From positions 11,453,432 through 11,517,431 of the forward strand of contig NC_092679.1 of NCBI RefSeq assembly GCF_964355755.1: DNA of 64,000 nucleotides. Reading direction: 5' to 3'. Both the position numbers and the translations under genes were made by a program. The stretch's first letter is position 1; each line of letters starts with the position of its first letter. Positions 57,001 through 64,000 of the stretch are shown in pieces. The notes below the pieces were generated by a model. The model saw only the letters and a list, made by a program, of their open reading frames with translations, ran no database searches and was not told the DNA's origin. This stretch comes from Antedon mediterranea. Lineage: Eukaryota > Animalia > Echinodermata.

Positions 57001-60000
57001 TAATAGGTTACACATCCATTTCAACAACACTACTTTCCTAATAGGTTACACATCCATTTCAACAACACTACTTTCCTAATAGGTTACACATCCATTTCAA
57101 CAACACTACTTTCCTAATAGGTTACACATCCATTTCAACAACACTACTTTTCTAATAGGTTACACATCCATTTCAACAACACTACTTTCCTAATAGGTTA
57201 CACATCCATTTCAACAACACTACTTTCCTAATAGGTTACACATCCATTTCAACAACACTACTTTCCTAATAGGTTACACATCCATTTCAACAACACTACT
57301 TTCCTAATAGGTTACACATCCATTTCAACAACACTACTTTCCTAATAGGTTACACATCCATTTCAACAACACTACTTTCCTAATAGGTTACACATCCATT
57401 TCAACAACACTACTTTCCTAATAGGTTACACATCCATTTCAACAACACTACTTTCCTAATAGGTTACACATCCATTTCAACAACACTACTTTCCTAATAG
57501 GTTACACATCCATTTTTAGAGTGCATTTACCACTGTTTATACATTCTATAGCCTAATCATAAACATTTGACGATTTTATTTTTGTGAATGAATTTGCGTA
57601 TATCATTGTATTGTACCATTGCCATTCACAGGAGCTTTTAAATTACACAATTCCGTAAAAATGGTCAAAGAAACATTATTAAAAAAAATATGTAAATTGT
57701 CCTTACTACATTATTATTTTAGTAATCATTTTGTATGTATTGTTGTATAAGTTATATGTTCTTTTTAAGGCTTTCTTTAGACGAATATTCGGAAGTGTAG
57801 ACATATTCTGTGATGCTGTCTGTATTTTTGATATTTTGTTTAGTAATCGAGTTGCCTACCTTGAAGAGGGATTAATTGTAAGTATTCTTTTTGAATGAAT
57901 TTATATTGTATTATCAAGAATAGGCTTTTGCCTTGAGATGAAAGCAAGATTAATTCATTTCTGACGTAAGTTTGAGAATTATGTAAATGATGCTGGAGCA
58001 ACAACAATGCTGATGTTAAGATTTGTCTGTAGGATCACATATTTGACGGAAATTTGTCTGAAACAAATTCGAGTGTTTTTGGTAAAATTTGAGTGTCGCT
58101 GCCATTACTAAAATATCCTAAACCTTTCTAAAATTGTCTAAATAAATATTTATTAATTAATATTTGTATGTTTTTTTTAAAGGAGAATCTTTACACGTTA
58201 TCTTCTCTTCTGGTATCTCCACTGATAACATATCGATACCCACTGAATTGTACTGTATGACTATGAAGTAAAATTTTTCTCAATACTTAATTTGTAGGTT
58301 AAGGATCCTAGAAAACTTTCTGCAAATTATCGTAAAAAGCTAAGCTTCAAATTGGATATTTTGGCAGTTATACCACTTGGAACTATAGCGTTATTCATTG
58401 GAGGTAATTCATAAATTATTTACTGCAGTGTTTTTACATAAAATATTGGTTTATCCTCGTTTTATCCCAAGTTTCAACACAATAATTAAGCACATCGGCT
58501 GATAAATGTTGTTCTACAATCTATAGGGCACTTTTTCACTAATGGCCTATTTATTTTTTTTTCTAATTTCAGATATCAAAATAACAGTATTCACATAGTG
58601 GGCCTATTTAAATTAGTTTCTTGCACCAGAATCAATTCATTAATATGCAGTGTTTATAGTAATTATTATTTGTACTGCTCCATATTTGATAGTCGAAAAT
58701 ATATTTTTCATAGCACACGAACTAATAAAAATCTCCATTTTGTGAGCATTTCAGTGGCTAATTAGTGTTTTAGATCCCATTAACGTTACCAAGACGATAT
58801 ATTATTTTTGTAAACATTCACGTTATTTGCATGGCTTTCAAGAATCGATATTGAAAGGTACGGCTTTACATAAAATGACAGTTATGACAAAGAAATGATG
58901 GTAACAAAAAAACCTGTGGTACTACAATTTGTATCTAAATGACTTCATTAGTTTGTAGTTTAGACAGCAACAATTATCTAGAATATTCAAAGAAATTTTA
59001 GTGAATAATTATTAAAAATAGTCTCTATGCAATACAATAATTCATTCCCGACGCGTTGCTTGACTTTATTAACTTTTGGCTTCTAGATTTTGATAAACTT
59101 TGTACTGAAATTTAGCAATATAGTCATACAAATGAATTAATATCATATAAAGAAAATATATATCTTAAATTATATAAGCATGATAAATATATTTGGATGA
59201 CTTATTAATAGTTATTGTGTCCTGTCATTAAAATGGCTGAATTAAAAAATATTTCTATAATAATGTAGGTATATATTTATTTCCATTTTAAAAAAATAAA
59301 TATATTTGTAATAATAAAGAAATAAATCATCGTGTTTCATTTTAGGAGCATCTGATATAGTACATATCCATTTTGACTTAGATAATGGTAAGTAAAAAAA
59401 CAATGTTGTGGGTTGGTAAAAATCGATCTTAAATGTGAATATGCATAAATTAATATGTAATTTTATTACAGATCACATAATAATTCCGTTGCTGCGTTTA
59501 CCTCGTTTACTCAAACTACATTCAATGATATACTTCTTTGACGTCTGTGACAGGTTAGTGTTAATATTATATATATATTATATAATATAATAATAATGAT
59601 GAAGGGCTAGTGTTTACTTTATCGTTTTGATTTAGCTTTTCGCTTTTTATTTTTGTATCTCCATTGAGATCCAGCCACTGATACCCACAGCATTGTCATT
59701 TTTTCAGTAATTTGCCTTTGGATTTATATAATATAAATATATATTATTCATTTTTTGCTACTGTTCTTTTAAAAATAACTAAGGTAATTCACCTTACCAA
59801 TTTAAACTTATAATAATTTGGGTAAATACAATTTAAAATAGTATATTATATAAATGGACAGCTGAAGAAAGTGATATTCCTCTTTAACTGCATTCGAATC
59901 AAATACATTTCGATTGCCACTTTTTTCATCCATCAAATTTAACTTCAATGTCTAAAATAAGCAAAACCTAGTAAAATTAATTCGTTTTTTGGTCTTTTAT

Positions 60001-63000
60001 ATGCAACAGATGTTGAAAATTCTCAATAACTTAACACTTTAAAGCTTTAAATAGCAAAGAAATTGCTCAAATATGTTATGTTTTTCTGTATAAATAAACA
60101 TTAATTTAAATTTTTTAACGAAATACGTTCTACTAAACTATGTTGATCAATCCAGACATGACCTAAGCCCATTAAGAATATTAACATGTCTTACCAGTGC
60201 TCATCTCTACAGCATGTCTTACCAGTGCTCATCTTTACAGCATGTCTTACCAGTGCTAATCTCTACAGTATTCGAACACCGTAAAAGAATAAACTGTACA
60301 CACATTCCTAGCAAATTATGATTACATAAAAACCCCCAAATGCATTTAGAAAAATAGTAGTGAAATAAATAAATGGTTAGAAATATAAACCAATATTTGT
60401 TTTAATTCATAGTCGAACCAGTAATCCAAATCGTCTACGAGCGTTCAAGCTAATTATGTACCTAGGAATTGTAATTCACTGGATTGGATGTGTATACTAC
60501 ATGATATCAGACGTAGGTGTAAATATTTATGCTATAGGATTAGATTTTTGTGATATATGATGTATAGACGGTATGTTCGAAACGTTCATTTGTGAATAAT
60601 CTCATCAATGGTATTAACAATTAAAAAAATGTGCTCTGTTCAAATAGGCATCAGAAAGTGAGAATATCACAGTAAACATCAACTGACTTCTGACAAAATT
60701 TCCCTCTGTAAATCACTAAATTCAACCATTTGATATACCTCAATATACAATTAAGCTTCTACAAATTAAAATTTATTTACCTTTTCTCGATACAAGCACA
60801 TATTGTATAGTGATCTCATATACTTCATGATAGTATAGGAGAAAATGTTAAAAAACATTTTATTAATTGCATCTTCATTCTGCAAATGAAAAAAAAACGA
60901 TATCAACTAAAGGAAATGACGCATTGTCTGATTTCATTTCAGTATGAAGGATTTGGTACGAATAGCTGGGTATATCCTTTGCACGAAGACTGGCAAAACA
61001 CTAACTTTTTAAGGTAGGAACAACTAAATGTATATTTTTTTGTAAAGTAAAATGTGTAACTATCTATACGTTATTTCTAAAGAGTGATTACTTTCAAAGA
61101 AATTTTACATTAAATTGCACACATTATTGACACTTACCATACTTTACTATAAATATATTTGTGATCTGTTATTAGTTTTGACTAAAAGAAATGGTTTATG
61201 TTTTTAATAAATTCATAAAATCAAGGCGGTTATGGTAAGGGTAAATATAAAGTTTCACTGTATTTCGAAATTTTGTTATGATTCTGAACAACAAATCATA
61301 TTTTTCTAGATACTTTGGGAGTACGGAACCTGAACTTTTGTTATAGTGATTAGGTTCACTTTTAGGTTCCTGCCTATTCCCTTAGTTTCTGTGTTTTGTT
61401 TGTTTGTAACTGGTTTTTGGCAATAAATAATAATAATAATAATACCGTAACCATAACTCAAACAATACGATTCAAATAATTAACACTGTTAAAAGGCCTA
61501 GGTAATTTTCGGTTTATCATTATGAGGCTATTGTCTGGGTGTATCTGCGCATGTTTCTACTACATCCCCATTACCATGTCCCGTAGCATCTAGTTAATTA
61601 TTAATATTAATTTTAACTATTACTATGATTTCTTTGTGGTCTTATTCTCTTCTCTTCTTATTGTAATGACAACCTTAAATACAAACTACTTCGTGTATCA
61701 ACACAATGGCAAAAATTAATTATGATATAATATCAGTACAAAAATTACATAGACATTATGAAAATCTTAAACACCACAATTCTATTTTTCAGAAAGTATA
61801 TCACCTGTGTATACTGGTCAATAATGACCGTCACAACAATAGGAGAAACAGAGTGTCCAGATACTGACATTGTAAGTTGATAAACTACCAACAACTTGGT
61901 ACCTTTTCATTTTATTATTTTTGTATCTCTACAGCAAGTATATTCGATCGATGTTTTGGTCAATTGTTACTCTGACTACTATTGGTGGCACAAATTCTCC
62001 GATAACAAAACTTGTGAGTAATAGTATGGTATATCGCGGGACGCATACTTTATATTTTGGAGAACAAAACATATTACTGTATCGGATTGAGTTTGTAACC
62101 AAGGGATAACGTAACCTTAAACACAAGCTCCCATCAAATTATATTCTTTTTAAATTTTTTTTTTGAAATTTCATTTGAATTTTTATTTTCATTGATTAGG
62201 CGCGCCTACATTAATAAAATATTAATAGGAACAATTATTCATCATTATGGATTAATATAGTAATCAAATAAACGATATACTATATGAATAAAATAAGTTA
62301 ATAATACAGTTGTATACATTAATAGCGAATTTTGGTAGTTTATCTTTTTGAATTTTGAATAATATATTATAATATTATGATCACTAATGATCATTATTTA
62401 TTATTAGGTCTTTGTATGAATCATCCGCGACAATGCAATTTAATTCTGATGTTTAAAATCATGTGTAATTTTACAGGAATATGTGTTTACTGGTGGAACT
62501 TACTTGATTGGTGTGTTCCTCTTTGCTGCTGTTGTTGGAAACGTTGGAGATGTAATCAGCAACATGAATGCCGCCAGACAAGAATTTGTAACCAAGTTAG
62601 TATTTAATTAAATGGTAGACCCATTTTCATATTGGTGTCGATTCCATACCACCATCCCATATCATGATGTCATATACATTTTGGTACTGTCTACGAACGT
62701 TTGTTGTCAAGCTTCTTTCAACTACTGTATTAAGGGTAAATCCCCGATCAATTAAATTTATATCGAAAAAGGAGTTTCGTAAACTCACTAATTGTGTGTT
62801 CTGTTTATAATTAAAAAAAAAGAGATGTCTGACAATGTTGTGATGGCAAACCACACCTACACAGCCTATCGACATTTAAGTTAAGAACGGCGGTGTTTTG
62901 TTTTGCCGACAGATATATCATCAATTACTTTAGTTAGATTTGTTTGTCATTGTCTAATTATTCTGATGAATAACCATCGGGTGTGAATAAATAGAACATT

Positions 63001-63857
63001 GTTTTCAGGATGGATTCGCTAAAATTTTACATGAATCATCGAAAGGTTCCCGAGGATCTACAAAGCCGAGTAAAGAAATGGTCTGAATACGCCTGGACAA
63101 GGTAGGCATAGAATGAGTTCTCATGTTCCCTAGTTTGCTTATTGCCTTTACCAAGAAGGTTCTAAAATCACATCGGCTTATGTGTGCACGGAACGTTAGT
63201 ACACAGTGCAGTGAGTTTAATCTGCAATATGTTTTCTTATTTAGAACTCAGGCCCTGGACGACCAATGCTTCTTAGATATTCTGCCTCCTAGGCTGCGCT
63301 CCGAAATAGCTAAACATGTTCATCTTGAAACATTGAAGAAGGTAATTTTTTCCCCACATAATTTCCAAAAAATAAAAGAAACGAGTGTGTCCACATTTAG
63401 TATAAAAGGTAGAACAAGACTATTTCAGCCCACTAAGACGCAACACAAGCACAACGCAAACGAGTTGATTATTGGCAAGCAAACGATTCCAATAATGTAT
63501 CGATTGTGATTAGAAAAATGGCTTGTGTTCCCATGCATCGTTGCGTTGATTTCTAAGCCTAGTGGGAACCAAAAATTACTGATTGCAAAAAGCATGTTTG
63601 TCTAATATTTGGGAGACACGCCCTTTGATGATTCTTTTTTTATGTTTCATTGAAAAGGAAAATAGTTAATGCAGTACCTGTGATTTACTTTATCCTTAAT
63701 GTTATTAAAGGTAAAAATATTTGAAGATTGTGAGCAGGGTCTACTCTGTGAGCTCGTACTCAAGCTACGCTCTCAAATATACCCACCTAGCGACTACATC
63801 TGTAGGAAGGGAGAAATTGGCCGTGAAATGTATATTATTAATCATGGGCGTGTTTCA
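54075..63857 (+). CDS. CNGA: Cyclic-nucleotide-gated cation channel, CNGA-type (3' end outside the window)
   Basis: Exons 54075-54176, 54647-54691, 54786-54848, 55047-55124, 57770-57877, 58298-58403, (58774-58857), 59346-59387, 59472-59553, 60413-60512, 60943-61013, [61793-61871 or 61935-62013], 62477-62595, 63009-63101, 63245-63341, 63711-63857; phases join. Motifs: [20 protein letters not shown] (S3), LLRLPRLLK (S4), [11 protein letters not shown] (S5), [34 protein letters not shown] (S6), C-linker [28 protein letters not shown], and CNBD start [16 protein letters not shown]. The first two exons are less certain. Confidence 0.92.
55576..57515. repeat. 38-bp minisatellite, ~51 near-identical copies, in a CNG channel intron
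   Basis: Unit CATTTCAACAACACTACTTTCCTAATAGGTTACACATC; period 38 (AGGTT at 55601, 55639, 55677...). Confidence 0.97.
58774..58857 (+). CDS. Candidate 84-nt phase 1-1 exon in the CNG S3-S4 linker
   Basis: CTAATTAGTGTTTTAG acceptor and AAG|GTACGG donor. Open in the required frame: [28 protein letters not shown]. No homology support available by eye. Confidence 0.5.
60185..60269. repeat. 28-bp tandem repeat x3
   Basis: CATGTCTTACCAGTGCT(C/A)ATCT(C/T)TACAG occurs three times. Confidence 0.9.
61793..61871 (+). CDS. CNGA: CNG pore exon A (79 nt; pore helix plus TTIGE filter)
   Basis: TTTTTCAG acceptor, GTAAGT donor; encodes (R)[26 protein letters not shown]. Confidence 0.9.
61935..62013 (+). CDS. 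CNGA: CNG pore exon B (79 nt; pore helix plus TTIGG filter)
   Basis: CTCTACAG acceptor after a long pyrimidine tract, GTGAGT donor; encodes (S)[26 protein letters not shown]. Confidence 0.88.
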
Positions 63858-64000
63858 GTAAGTTTTCTTTAGAGCAGCCTACATTATTAATTAAAAATTA
63901 TTTCAGATGAAAACAAAATGGTACGGTAAGTCACATACATTTACAGATGTATGGTACAATTTTGATAAATTAGTTGCCTAAACATTAAGTTATAATTACC

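Noticed and set aside
61310-61445. Hairpin plus AATAAA(ATA)n segments resembling LINE 3' tails (also ~19820-19945 and ~51470-51605)
   Set aside because: Plausible retroposon tails, but there is no diagnostic coding remnant to support a call.
63907-63925. Possible 19-nt micro-exon (MKTKWY) with TTTCAG acceptor and GTAAGT donor
   Set aside because: The preceding intron would be only 49 nt, the peptide does not resemble the expected CNBD strand, and the downstream exon needed to test phase is outside the window.

Overview
AT-rich, intron-rich animal genomic DNA, probably from an invertebrate deuterostome; gene content and repeats suggest an echinoderm (inference). Three spliced genes can be rebuilt by hand with GT-AG introns and consistent phases: (1) a complete SLC25A21-type mitochondrial 2-oxodicarboxylate carrier (+, 8 coding exons, 3976-10380); (2) a complete Pax1/9 (-, 5 coding exons, 33786-11744), tail-to-tail with it as in the deuterostome pharyngeal gene cluster; (3) the 5' part of a CNGA-type cyclic-nucleotide-gated channel (+, from 54075, running off the window). 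Two things stand out. First, the channel has two tandem 79-nt pore exons that the reading frame forces to be mutually exclusive. One encodes an alpha-type TTIGE selectivity filter and the other a beta-type TTIGG filter, so one gene could make both pore types. Second, the 10-kb repeat block at 37880-47827 is not a simple tandem array: 8 full bodies and 8 heads of a Helentron-associated (HINE/DINE-1-like) element close like balanced parentheses, as expected if copies insert into the poly(A/T) tract of earlier copies. Also present: a foldback TGT...ACA element with a 5-bp TSD, a tRNA-derived SINE, small MITE/HINE copies, LINE remnants and a 38-bp minisatellite. All coordinates and translations were read by eye; no searches were run.
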